Assembly: GCF_006345805.1 (NCBI RefSeq) | Contig: NC_043016.1 | Span: forward strand, 2,542,001 to 2,606,000 | Length of the DNA: 64,000 nt | Reading direction: 5' to 3' | Source: Octopus sinensis | Lineage: Eukaryota | Shown: positions 27,595 through 40,482 of the stretch, in pieces | How the letters are laid out: each line of letters opens with the position of its first letter | Position numbering within the stretch: position 1 is the stretch's first letter | The notes under the pieces: model-generated | What the model was told of the DNA's origin: nothing | What the model saw: the letters and a program-made list of their open reading frames with translations, nothing else | Databases searched by the model: none | Made by a program: the position numbers and the translations under genes

Positions 27595-28663
27595 GTCTGC
27601 TGATACAAAATAGCGGCAAAACACGAGCAAAGCAAAAAACTGTTCTCAGTATTTAAGGAAGCTGACAAATACAACAAGAAATCATACCACCTAATATATG
27701 AAGAAGAAGTAAGAAGAAGAAAGAAAAGAAGAAGAAGAAGAAGAAGAAGAAGAATACGAAGAAGAAGCAGAAGAAGAAGAAGAAGAAGAAGAAGAAGAAG
27801 AAGAAGAAGAAGCAACACAAGCTATAAAACAAATGAAATTCAAACTAAAAATAGAACAGCAACGAACAATGATAAAACAAGGCAAGAAAAGCCCCTTCAT
27901 GGTAAATACTGGACTAAACTAAACGCAAAAGAAATAGACAAAGAAAAAATCCCAGCAATGGTTGAGAAGCTCAGGACTCAAAGCAGAGACAGAGGGATTT
28001 TTAATTGCAGCACAAGATCAAAGCCTCCCCACCAAAATTACAAAAAACATGTAATGAAAAGAAATATTACAAGTAACTGCAGAATATGTGGAGATGGACA
28101 AGAAACAATAAATCATATTATCTCTGGCTGCCCAGTCCTGGCTAAGAAGGAATATATTCACAGACACGACAGAGTTTGGACCTACATACATTGGAAGCTA
28201 TGCCAACATTATGGAATAACAACAGAAAAAGATGGTATAGGCACACACCAGAAAAGGTCACAGAAAACGAGAAAGCAACCATACTCTGGGATATGCCGAT
28301 ACACACAGATAGAGAAATTAAGGCCAACAGACCAGATATAGTTGTCAGAGATCATGAAGAAAAAATGCTTTCTTAATTTGATGTATCAATACCGGCAGAT
28401 GTCAACGTTCTCTAAAAGAAATGGAGAAACTCTCAAAATACAAAGACCTGGAATAGAGGTAACTCGAATGTGGAATCTAAAAACAGAAACAATTCCTATC
28501 ATAGTAGGTGCATTAGGCATGATAAAAATATTCATACAAATACATAACAAAAACACGAGAACTTACAAACACATATAACATACAGAAAATTGCACTACTA
28601 GGCACTGCACACAGAGCTGCGCTCGTAGTGAAGTGAAAGCACGCTATAAAATAAAACTACTGA

Positions 28664-28670
<7 letters not shown>
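27595..28670 (+). mobile_element. R4/Dong-like LINE 3' part, plus strand, ending in (TAA)n
   Basis: PLHGKYW, GLKAETEG, CRICGDGQETINHIISGCPVLAKKEYIHRHD, WDMPIHTDREIKANRPDIVV and IPIIVGALGMIK; (TAA)n tail at 28670-28740. Confidence 0.9.
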
Positions 28671-28741
<71 letters not shown>

Positions 28742-28746
28742 TATTA

Positions 28747-28812
<66 letters not shown>

Positions 28813-30849
28813 CATTATTATTATTATTGTTGTTTGTTGTTGTTGCTGTTGTTGTTGTTATAAATTTCAGATGTAAGTTCACTGATTTTGAATGTAGTCG
28901 CTTACATCGAATCCTCTCCTCGCAGTATTTGTCTGATACATTATTTCATCGACTCTGATTAATGAATACCAATTGACATTGATAGAATTCGAACTCAGAA
29001 CTTTGCGAACCTGAAGGCTGTTTTCACTGATAGTTCTCAGGTGCACTATTTCACGTCAAAAAAGTATGAAAGAGGGGACACGAAGCTGCAGTAGGGTGGA
29101 GACAATTGAGTGGAGAGGGTTTGAGCTAAGGTGATACGTTCGTGTTTTGTCCTTTTTCTCTCAAGCAGCGCATTACAAATTTTAGAATATGATAATCTAA
29201 GTCAAGAAATTCCTTACTTATGTTTGAGTATCTTCAACAGCATTTTATTCATAAGTATGATTAATTAAATGGAACAATCAATAATTGTCGATAAATATTT
29301 TTCTTTAAAATGTTTGTTGTTGGTATTGCTAGTGTTGCTTAAATTTCTATGCGAGTGTGACAATCATTTTTCCTTTAATCGCAAGAGTGACGTGAAGAGA
29401 AAATTAATAAAGAACTAGATTAGCCTAAAAGAAGCAAGTGGAGGACACTGTTTTCAGGGTAGGAAGAAGAAAAAGGAAGAAGTTTCTCTTCTTAAAGAAA
29501 ATGTTGGCAAAGTCGCGTATATACGAGTAGAACTTCTCGATTTGTCAATTCAAAATCTCTTCATACAGCAATTACTTTGCCAACATGACCGTAGCGAGTG
29601 CAGACAAAGTGCAGATCGGGTCCTCGTGAGACGAATGGATAGCAACGGATGGCACAGCTCTGAATTGTTTGACGGAAGATTCTGTAATGAGTCATATCTG
29701 AAACATTATCTCTCATTACAAATAAATATATAGTATTTTTCTTTTCACTAGTGAAAAGGAAGTAAAGATAATCGAAACATATGTGAAGTGCAAGATTCCT
29801 TGTGTACCTTTCATTTATTTATTCATTATTTATTTTTATTTGGTCCTACAAATTTTGAAAGTTATTAGGTTATCAGAGTAGACTTGTTTTGTGATTTAAA
29901 AATAAACTGGCCTACTTCACTATCACGTACAGACAAGTATACGTAAGCATACGTATAAACATATTTATACACTTACACAACCATACGCGTTCACGCGCGC
30001 CTATTACATACACAGCCAAACATGAACAGCAGAAAAGCTTGTCCTTGTTCATATGGGTAAGATGTCACGTTCGTGTTCCAAAACATTTTCGCAAATTTGG
30101 TACCGAAATGCCGCACTTCTGCGACACTATAAAGATGGAATTTAGGAATTTAGTCATAATTTCATTTTTATATTTTTATATTTTATTTCATTATATTTCT
30201 TAATTTTTATTTATTTGTCTACTTTAGATGGAGAGTTCGCATTTAATTTTTTTCTTGTTTCATCTCCTTCCTCTTCCGTTCACAAATTTTTGATAGTTTT
30301 TTCTCTTTCTATCACTCTCTCCCTTACCCTCTCTCGCTCTCTTACTCTTTCTCTCTCTCTCTCTTACTCTTTCTCTCTCTCTCTCACTTTCCTCCTCTTT
30401 TTTTCACACAATTTTACTCCCTTTTTGTCTATCTCTTTTCTCGGTCGTTCTCTCTTACTCTTCTCCTTTAAGCATTTTCTATATCTTCTGCAGTTTATTT
30501 ACATTCATATGTCACCATATCTCCTCTCTTCGTTATATTTATATTTTTGAACTTTCTACCTAGTTCTCGCCCTGTCCTTCTTTTCCCGACATAGAATATA
30601 TTTATAATATACGAGCGTATACACATACATATATACATAGGTTCACGCATACACATATATATAAATACCTACATAAATACTTAAATATATGCATACATAC
30701 ATAAATACATACATAGATACATACACCTATTAATTATATTGATATTAACCCACACAAGCGCATACATTTATACAAGTCTATGGTCCGATATAAATATAAT
30801 GTGCATGTGTGTATGTTTGTATGTATGTGTGTGTGTATTTGTGTGTGTG

Positions 30850-31400
30850 TGTAGGAGCAACAATGATAAAAATAGTTAGAATAAAAATAATAAACCCCAT
30901 AACCACCTTAAATTTAGTAAAGGTAACACTCAGAACCATAATAACCCTATCAACCTTAATAGACCTAGCACTTTCCAACCAGCAAGTAATTCTCTACCGT
31001 TGCAAAATTTATGTGACTGTAGGAATAAAGATAATTGTGCCCTTAGAAATACCTGTAAAAGTAAAGATGTAATTTATCACTGCACTGTCACAACACAGTT
31101 TGGTAAAATAATATACATAGGAGCTACCCAAAATAAAATGAAACGAAGAGCCGTACTCCAACAGTCCTCTTTCAGAAATAGAAATAAGACTAACTCGAAC
31201 GGATTAAGTAAATATATTTGGGAACTTAAAGATAAAGATACCAGATTCACTTTAGAATGGAAAATCCTCGCCATCTTTGTATCGATGAAAATTTTTTCAT
31301 ACCAGCGGTACATGTATTACTTAACTTAAGGAAAGAGAAAAATTAGCCTGCTTGCACAAGAGTAAGTTTACCATCACTAAATATAAATAGCATTAGAGTC
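30850..31400 (+). mobile_element. Penelope-like element remnant: GIY-YIG endonuclease domain
   Basis: ORF 31000-31329: CDCRNKDNCAL..KDVIYHC..IIYIGATQNKMKRR..SFRNRNKTNSNGLSKYIWELKDK..LEWKIL. The C-x-C linker, xIY/YIG motifs and LSKYIWELK pattern are typical of PLE endonucleases. Confidence 0.8.
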
Positions 31401-31914
31401 CCTTTGCACCATCCCCACAAATAGCACCCAGAGCCATTCACCACAGAAATAGTAGTTCTCGATATTGAGTGAGGGCATATATTAACTCCTAAATTAAAGC
31501 TAGCTTAATAGTATTACATATTGGGTCCCTTATGGGAGATCCAAGAGTAATATCCCTTCACCAACATATCCGAGTTTAAATTCTACCACACCCATATCAA
31601 CTTAATATATAATGTTTATATTTAGTAAGCTATTTCTTCTTAATATAACCTCCTCACCCCCTTTAATAAAGCCAGTTCTTTCAACTATGAATCTAAGTTA
31701 GAATGCAGAGAGTATTAGTACTTAACCCCAATAAATAATCCCTCCCCATGAAAACCTGTACCCGGCATCTCATCTATGGCTGTATGTGTAACTAATTTTA
31801 CTTAACTGCACATTTTACACCATAGGTTAGTTTGTTTTTATCAGTTTTAATCCGGACCTAATTTTCAGCCATTTAGTGTGAACCCCATTAGACCTACCCA
31901 TTTAGAAACATCTC

Positions 31915-32597
31915 ATTTTGGCCTTCTTTTGAGCAGGTGAGGAGATGTGTATCCGCTACATCGATTGTCGCTTTGTCTCTGGTTAAAATTGATGAAGCCA
32001 ACAATTGTCCTGTGTTAGGAAACGTTCAAAGAAACCGTCTGGATCTGCCTCAAACAATGTCACATTTTCCCTTTATGTGATCATCCTGGTGCGCTTTTTA
32101 TCAGGTATCAGAAGGCGTGGCACCCACCGATCAGAAACCTTTGTTATGCCAAGTTCAGAATATCCTCAACTCTATCACGGGATATGCTAATAGCATTGGC
32201 TATTAGATTTATAATCAATCGCTGTCATCCATCACCATGTGGTAAATACGATCAATATTTTCCTCATTGGTGACAACTGCAGGACGTCCAGACCTTGGGA
32301 AATCTTCAAGACACTTCCTTGCCCTCCTAAATTCAGCTATCTGCTTTTGTAATGTTAATAAAGCTGGAGCGTCATCCCCTAATGAAGCAACCACGTTTAG
32401 CCCCGAAAGACATTTCGGGGCTAAACCTTTTTCTGCTGGTACTGATAACACCACGATTCCAAATTTTGTCCATTTTCTAAGAGAAGTCGCTACTAGTTAC
32501 TCTTGAAGTTCTTTTTGCCTGGAAAGAAAAAATGCAGTTATTAATAACAAGATTTGAAATTAATGCATGCAAGATGTCACAGCTTTAGCACTCTCGT
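31915..32597 (-). mobile_element. Mariner element, 5' half (HTH region through the first catalytic motif)
   Basis: KGLAPK..VASLGDDAPAL..AEFRRAR..LEDFPRSGRP..EENIDRIYHMVMDD, then VSDRWVPRLL and FLTQDNCWLH..PETKRQS. Confidence 0.82.
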
Positions 32598-34811
32598 GTG
32601 TGTGTGTGAATACATAATATATTATATATGTATGTATATATATATTATATATATATATATCTAAACACATACATATACATACACACATATACATGCATAC
32701 AAAGATACATACATACAAACATATATACATACATGCATACATATATACATATACACATGCATATATAGATACTCACCTGCTCACTGTACTTTTAACCACA
32801 CATTCATACTTAGGCACATACACGTACACACTATGCAGATATTTGGCATATTTCGCTCTTTTTGATAACCTTTCTCATATGAAAAAAAGTTGTTATCCCA
32901 CGCAGCCAAACATCTCATATCACAAATGGATTACTTCCAAGAAAAAAAAAGAAAAGAAATAAACTCCTGTGTAATTATATAAGAAATTTATTTCCTTCAA
33001 ACACAGTACTAAGACCATTCATCGTGAAAACTCATGTAATTGCACATACCTTCCTTACAAAATTATACTTAAATATTTACACTGCTTTTTTTTTCTTTGG
33101 ATGTTAAAACTCAGAATCCGCAAAAGAGGACAAATATCGATCATATATTTACGACCAACGCTGCATCACAAATGCCAGGCTTTTATGTCTTAAATATCAG
33201 AAATTAAAATAATTTAACATGAGCTCGTTACCAATTGAAAATATCCTTGAGATATATTTTAATCTGTAAGAAAGCCATTTTGAAAGGGAGGAAATTTCTT
33301 GTTGTAGACAAATAGTGGTAAAAATAGCAAGTAAGTTCGAATCGCTCTCTTACCAGATTTCGGAATAGTCATCTTCTCTTCAGAATTGAACACTGAAAAC
33401 AGAGACACCACAGACTATCAGCGAGAAATGAGGACTCTCTTACTACATGACAGTCAACATGCTGTGGCTGGTTGCTCTGATCGGCGGCCCGGCCGTAATA
33501 ATATACGGATTAAAAGCGCTAAGGAGTGACGTGCACATTTGTATTTATAAACTTGTTACCAGGAGGAGATAAGTACTCTGAAATTCATGCATCCATCGAT
33601 CTGGGCAGGAGACACTTCGAAATGATTTGCTGTGCTTACACCTATCTGTCGACAGCAGGAATAGTGAATGGTTTTCTCACAGTTTCGAATAAACCTCAAG
33701 CATATTTGAACAAGTAACAAGTTTATATTTATACACATCACGAACCTTTTCTAGTTGTCTGCACCTGTGTAAATTTTAAAGTTTAGTGAACATTTTAAAA
33801 TTTGATGCATTGATGTAATTTTTCACCCTGAATATCAGGAGGGAATTCACTGTTTCCAGAAAGTTCTTTTTTTAAAGTTACATAAGTTTGAACTTTGGTA
33901 AATTTCACCCAATCAGAAAACAGGATTTGGAAGATATCATTTTGGCGCAATCCTGCTTTACGCACGTCATATAAACCCTCATAATTTATAAAAAGAATTT
34001 GGAATTTTCGGGAAATTTTTGCGAGTTTGAATTCTACACACGGAAATTTATATGACTATACAAACACAAAAAGAAGCAAACATTTTGATGCGTGATTTAA
34101 GGCCGATTTAGCTGATATTTTTAGCACATCTTATACTGCATGTGTTATAAGCAGTTAATAGGCCGCAAAAAAGAATTCGTGGTAAGCAGCTTGGTAACTG
34201 TTTGGCTTGTTACTATGGAAACAGCCTTTCGATTGACTAAAATTACCCAAAATTTGCAAACTTTGAAAGCTATTAACATTTTATTTATTGCGTTATAGCG
34301 AAAGATAATTTGATGTCAATGATTACTTTACAAAACTACACCAATACACCAAATATAAAATTAATTGAAACAAAAATTGAGGAAATTCAAAAGTGGCAGC
34401 CAAACAAAAAAATATCTCACATCACTGCTTAACGCTCAGTCACCATTTCATCCCCTTATAACATCCATTCATTTTTCACGTACAACGTTTTTACGTTGAT
34501 CTTTTCACGTGCAAGTCATCTTTCTTTTCTTCTCTTTTCGTATTTTACAAAATAAGCGTTGACTCTCCTGAGTTATTCCACTCTTTGTAGGGTTTGGTGT
34601 CTCATCCTACCGGATGTCCAGCAATCACCCTCCTCACCAAGCAATCTTGATGGGGTTGCTGGTTTAGTCACCGATGGCCTGACCCTGCAACAGGTTGTAC
34701 TAGCTTACATGTTACCAGCAGCGCACAAAAGCCACCTGATTCTACTTCTACACATTTATGCTATATATGCAAATACATACATACATACATACATACATAC
34801 ATAGACACAGA

Positions 34812-35400
34812 TATGACAGAAGTAAATAGACACCCCAATAAAACATCGTTTTATGTTTAACTTGTAAAGATTTATATTTTTTATTGATATTTTTATGTTT
34901 CAGGTTCTGTATGTAACCGTTTAATCATGCCATGCACAAAAGAAGTTTCAGAATAGTCTGAACTTCAAAGACGCCGTATTGTGGGTCATTCTGAAGGTAG
35001 ACCTAGCATAAAATCGCAGAAACCCTTGGAATCCCGCTTTCTACAGTTAATAAAGTGATTGTGCAATTCATCAGAGTGGGAAAGGATTTCACATAACTTC
35101 GTCCAGATCAATCAGGGCCCTCTGACACGACCCTTCTCTTTGCTATGAAACGTGTAGAGGATAATCCTCGGTGCAAGGTGTCTGGCATAGCAGAACACGT
35201 TGACGTCAGTCCCAAGAGAGCCGTCAGGTATCTCCACAAACTTGGTAACTATAGCAGAGCTGCAAGAAGGAAGCCACTTCTTCAACCAGCCAACATCAGT
35301 CGGAAAAAAGACTGAACTAGTGAGATGGTGGAGAGGCCACTATCATCTGATGAAAACAGATTTGCTGTATTTCCTGAGAGTGGTTGAACGTGATCAAGAA
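34812..35400 (+). mobile_element. Tc1-family transposase, 5' half remnant
   Basis: SELQRRRIVG..IAETLGIPLSTVNKVI..RAARRKPLLQPANI..SSDENRF. Confidence 0.75.
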
Positions 35401-35414
35401 TTTGATGACAAAAG

Positions 35415-35485
35415 ATAGATAGTAGAGAGGCAAATAGACAGACAGGCAGATAGATTGATAGACAGATAGACATATAGATAGAAAA

Positions 35486-35554
<69 letters not shown>

Positions 35555-35564
35555 CAGATAGATG

Positions 35565-35658
<94 letters not shown>

Positions 35659-35670
35659 ATGATAGTTAGA
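35415..35670. repeat. (GATA)n tetranucleotide microsatellite
   Basis: Visible directly. Confidence 0.97.
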
Positions 35671-36462
35671 TAGACATTCATCTATTTAGAAAGCCACTGT
35701 CAAAAACCTAATTATTTCACATCACTCGAAGTCTGCAATCTTAGAACGTAAGCTTCTGTTGCTCCTTCGCCATTCTCAAAAATAGCGTTCCTAATACTTT
35801 ATCTCGTTCGGCTTAACAGCCCTTCTTTTCTTGTTATTCTCCTTGTCCTGTCTTTTACTGTTTATATTTTGTACTGTCGTTACTGTCTTGTTTTTGTTAC
35901 CATTTTTACCCCTCCGCAAAAAGATCTGAAATTTTATTTAATTTGCTTTTCGCGGGAAGGAAAGTTTCGATCGAAGATGCGTAACGACTTCTCCTTCGAA
36001 ACGCAGAGTAGATGAAACCATGGCGACTGAAGAAGGGAAATTTTCCTTGTGTTATTTGTCCTGTACTCTATTTATTCGTTGTTTAAGAAAAATGTCCAGT
36101 TCCTTAGTTTTGTGTTTATGTTTTCGTTTCTCATTGTGTTCGACGTTTTTTTGGTGTCCTGTATCCATATATGCATGTATATATACATGTAGAGGTAGGT
36201 ACATACATATATGTATGTATATATGCATATGTTTTATTTATTAAGCATAATTAAATCTCAGAATGAGATTGAAACAGTAATCGCTCGATAATGTAAAGTA
36301 TAGAAGCCATCTTATCATGGCTAACCACATTAGGGAGGGGGTGTTACTATAGCTTTATAGCCCCAAGAGATCTTCGTCTCAAGCTGGCTTTAGACACAAT
36401 ATCAGTGTCCTTGGAGTATTTGCAAAGGGAGGCCATCCCTTCCTCGCAAGCCTGAATGATAG

Positions 36463-36503
36463 GCTCGAACTAGTTTCGGGATTGTTGTCCCTCGTCAACG
36501 GGC
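36463..36503 (-). ncRNA. Type I hammerhead ribozyme, family A, minus-strand copy
   Basis: Reverse complement reads GCCCG UUGACGA GGGA CAACAA UCCC GAAA CUAG UU CGAGC. Confidence 0.75.
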
Positions 36504-36926
36504 GGTAACCACCAGGTAGCGATGAAAGTGAAGGCTTCTTTACAAATATATATAAGTTTTTCTGATGGCGTCTGCCACTGATGTCGAAAAACGAACAGTA
36601 AGCATGATTAAATCTCAGAATGAGATTGAAACAGTAATCGCTCGATAATGTAAAGTATAGAAGGACACTGATATTCTGTCTAAAGCCAGCTTGAGACGAA
36701 GATCTCTTGGGGCTATGAAGCTACAGTAACACCCCCTCCCCAATGTGGTTAGCCATGATAAGATGGCTTCTATACTTTACATTATCGAGCGATTACAGTT
36801 TCAATCTCATTCTGAGATTTAATTATGCTTACTGTTCGTTTTTCGACATCAGTGGCAGACGCCATTAGAAAAACTTATATATATTTGCAAAGAAGCCTTC
36901 ACTTTCATCGCTACCTGGTGGTTACC

Positions 36927-36967
36927 GCCCGTTGACGAGGGACAACAATCCCGAAACTAGTTCGAGC
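36927..36967 (+). ncRNA. Type I hammerhead ribozyme, family A, plus-strand copy
   Basis: Stem I GCCCG/CGAGC (4 of 5 pairs), core UUGACGA (U3.G8), stem II GGGA/UCCC, GAAA, palindromic ACUAGU stem III, GUU site after 36962; distal stem CCUGGUGGU/AUCAC(U)CAGG. Confidence 0.75.
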
Positions 36968-37197
36968 CTATCACTCAGGCTTGCGAGGAAGGGATGGCCT
37001 CCCTTTGCAAATACTCCAAGGACACTGATATTGTGTCTAAAGCCAGCTTGAGACGAAGATCTCTTGGGGCTATAAAGCTACAGTAACACCCCCTCCCCAA
37101 TGTCGCTAGCCATGATAAGATGGCTTCTATACTTTACATTTTATTTATTAATTTATTATATATATATATGTGTGTGTGTGTGTATGTATAAATATAT

Positions 37198-37228
<31 letters not shown>

Positions 37229-37771
37229 TATATATATGTATATGTATATATGTATATAAATATATATGTATATTTATATATATAATATATATATATACAT
37301 ATATTTATTATATATATTATATATATATACATTTATATATATATATATATAATATATATATATACATACACAATGACACGCGTACACACCATGCACACCA
37401 CCCACCCACACCCATCATGCAACAAGTAAATTTCCGTCAGGCATCCACACAGTTTCCGTTTATGAAATTATATATTTACGTACATATATATTATGTATGT
37501 AGTGATACATGTGTGTGTGTCTGTGTATTTGAATGTTTCACAAAATAGATTTCGTGTCGGTTAAGACAAACGTTCTATTTGTGTGATGCATATATACACA
37601 CATACACACATACAGATATACACATACACGCATATATACAGCACACATACACGAGTGATTCCATGATCAGAGATGTGTGATTGGGTTCAAGCAATTACAT
37701 TTTACACAAAACTGTTGGTCTTACAAACACAATCTTATATATATATATGTATTTATGTATATAGTGTGTGC

Positions 37772-37802
<31 letters not shown>

Positions 37803-37845
37803 ATATTATATATCATAATAATTATATAATATATATATAATATAT

Positions 37846-37888
<43 letters not shown>

Positions 37889-37900
37889 TATATTATATAT

Positions 37901-38189
37901 TTATTATATAGAAGAGCTTCTACAGGACTAGAGAAATCTTCAGGAAGCTAGTTAACAATTGTATTGGCATTTATACATTTAGGCAGGTTTAACGGGGTGT
38001 TGGTGGGGGACTTTTTGGGGGGGTAGGCATAGCGCAAAATATCATACTTGGGGGAGTGGTCAAGGAGTCAGTGTTAATTAGATAGAAGAATAAATAAAAA
38101 AATAAAAAATCAAAAATAAAAAAAAAAAAAATAAAATAAAAAAATAACCTTATATAAAAACCTATATATAAAAAAAAAGGGGGAATAGA
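37901..38189 (-). repeat. Left arm of a ~290 bp inverted-repeat pair (family C)
   Basis: Reverse complement of 40483-40781 with shared boundaries; carries a ~16 nt deletion through the HHR-like motif. Confidence 0.85.
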
Positions 38190-39026
38190 GTTTTAGGTAA
38201 ATAAGGAGATTCTCACTTATACCTATGCACACATGTATACATACATACACACACATACAAACATATATACATATACATACACACAACATACACACACATA
38301 TATATATACACATATATATACACTTACACATACACATACATATACATATCTACACATACACATATATGTATACATACACACACTCACATGCATACACGTA
38401 TACAACCATGTATATATACACACACACCTCACATACATATACGCACAGAAAAAAATATATACACATACACACACATACTCACATACACGCATACACACAC
38501 ATATCCACACACACACATGCACACACAGCACACTAGTCCCTATATACACATATATAACATACCAACATATACACACACATACATACATATACATACATGT
38601 ATTATATACATATGTGTCCTATGCAAACCTACACATACACACACATATATATAACATACAAATACAGACCCATTCCCTAATTTTAATTTTATTATCTTCG
38701 TTTATTACTTTTGTTATCTTTGGCCGCATGGTCACAAACATCTTGGCTATGACAGCCAGTCCATTTTCTATCTACTGGAAAACAGCACTCATTCACTCAC
38801 TCACGCACACTCTTTAGCACGTACTCTCACTCATTCGTACACTCATACACATACACGCACGCACGCGTTATTCATACATACATCCATCTACATACATTCA
38901 CGTATATACACATACGTACGCGTACCTACAGATTTATGTCTACACTCTTAGAAGGCTAGTCTATATATATACACCATAAATATAAATACACACACATACT
39001 ATACACCTACATACAAATACATACAT

Positions 39027-39076
<50 letters not shown>

Positions 39077-40174
39077 CATACATATATACACATATATACA
39101 CATATACACATATACCACACATACGCATACACACACATATACATATATATACACACTACACGCACATACACATGTACATGCGTACCCATACACACACACA
39201 CACACGCGCGCATCCATATATACACATAGTACAGTACACACATGCGTAAAGTATACATATATCTATGCTTACACACATCACACACACACACCGCGCCTCC
39301 TTATATTCATACTTACATGCATACTCCAAAAATAAGTAAGTAGTAAAATATATATACGCGCAGTTATTCGTACATGCATACTCAAAAAATAATAATAAAT
39401 ATTAAGTATATGTACGTGCAGTTACCTATTATATAGACGGATACATACATATAAACTTACCTTACACATATATAATATATATACATATACATACATATAT
39501 ACACATACACATACACATACATATATACATACATATATATATACACACCACACATCACATACATACATACATATATACATATATATACATACTTACACAC
39601 ATGTACATATAATACACACATAGATAACTCTACGTACCTACATATGCATAACACACCGAGCGTACGCGCATATGTACATATACACATACACATACACACG
39701 CATATATATACATACATACATACACATACACACATGTGTATACACACACACACATATATATATATATACATATATATATACATACATATACACACATATA
39801 TATATATATATACATATACATATACATATATATATACATATACACACATATACACATATATATACACACACACACATACATACACACATACATACACATA
39901 TACATACATATACACACACACATATACACATATACATATACATATACACATACACACACATATATACATGTGTGCAAACATACATACATACATACATACA
40001 TACATACATACATACATACAACATACATACATACATACATACTATATGCATACATACACACACAACACATACATATATATATATATACATACATACATAC
40101 ACATACACATACCCATACATTATATACACCATATACATATACACATGCACACACTTATATCTCTACATACTCGC

Positions 40175-40218
<44 letters not shown>

Positions 40219-40482
40219 TATTTACATATACACACACATACAATACCTATATACATGTATATATACACACACACACATATATACACATCTACAATTTGTA
40301 TCTACACTCACATACCTGCACATACACATAACTACATACCTACATATACATCGACATACTCGCGTACACTCATATATATACACATATATACATATACAAC
40401 ACACCCATACATATACATATACATATACATACATATACATAAACATACACATACATAATACACATATACACACACATACACA
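38190..40482. repeat. 2.3 kb compound (CA/TA/CATA)n microsatellite between the family C arms
   Basis: Visible directly; a short unique island lies at about 38665-38820. Confidence 0.92.

Larger units (their letters stand above)
36242..37140. mobile_element. Inverted insertion of a 357 bp hammerhead-bearing monomer (retrozyme or PLE pseudo-LTR family A)
   Basis: Left arm 36242-36663 (TAAGCAT recurs at 36242 and 36599, period 357) is the reverse complement of right arm 36664-37140 (GACACTG recurs at 36664 and 37021). Each arm has one HHR. Confidence 0.85.

Noticed and set aside
29565-29733. Possible host exon after TCTTCATACAG
   Set aside because: No recognisable protein and no partner exons; it needs RNA-seq.
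33345-33390. Minus-strand CUGAAGA...GAAA...GUA hammerhead-like motif
   Set aside because: Stem I pairs for only 2 bp and stem II is poor; likely chance.
36020-36060. CTGAAGA AGGG-AAATT-TTCCTT motif
   Set aside because: No GAAA or stem III follows the hairpin.
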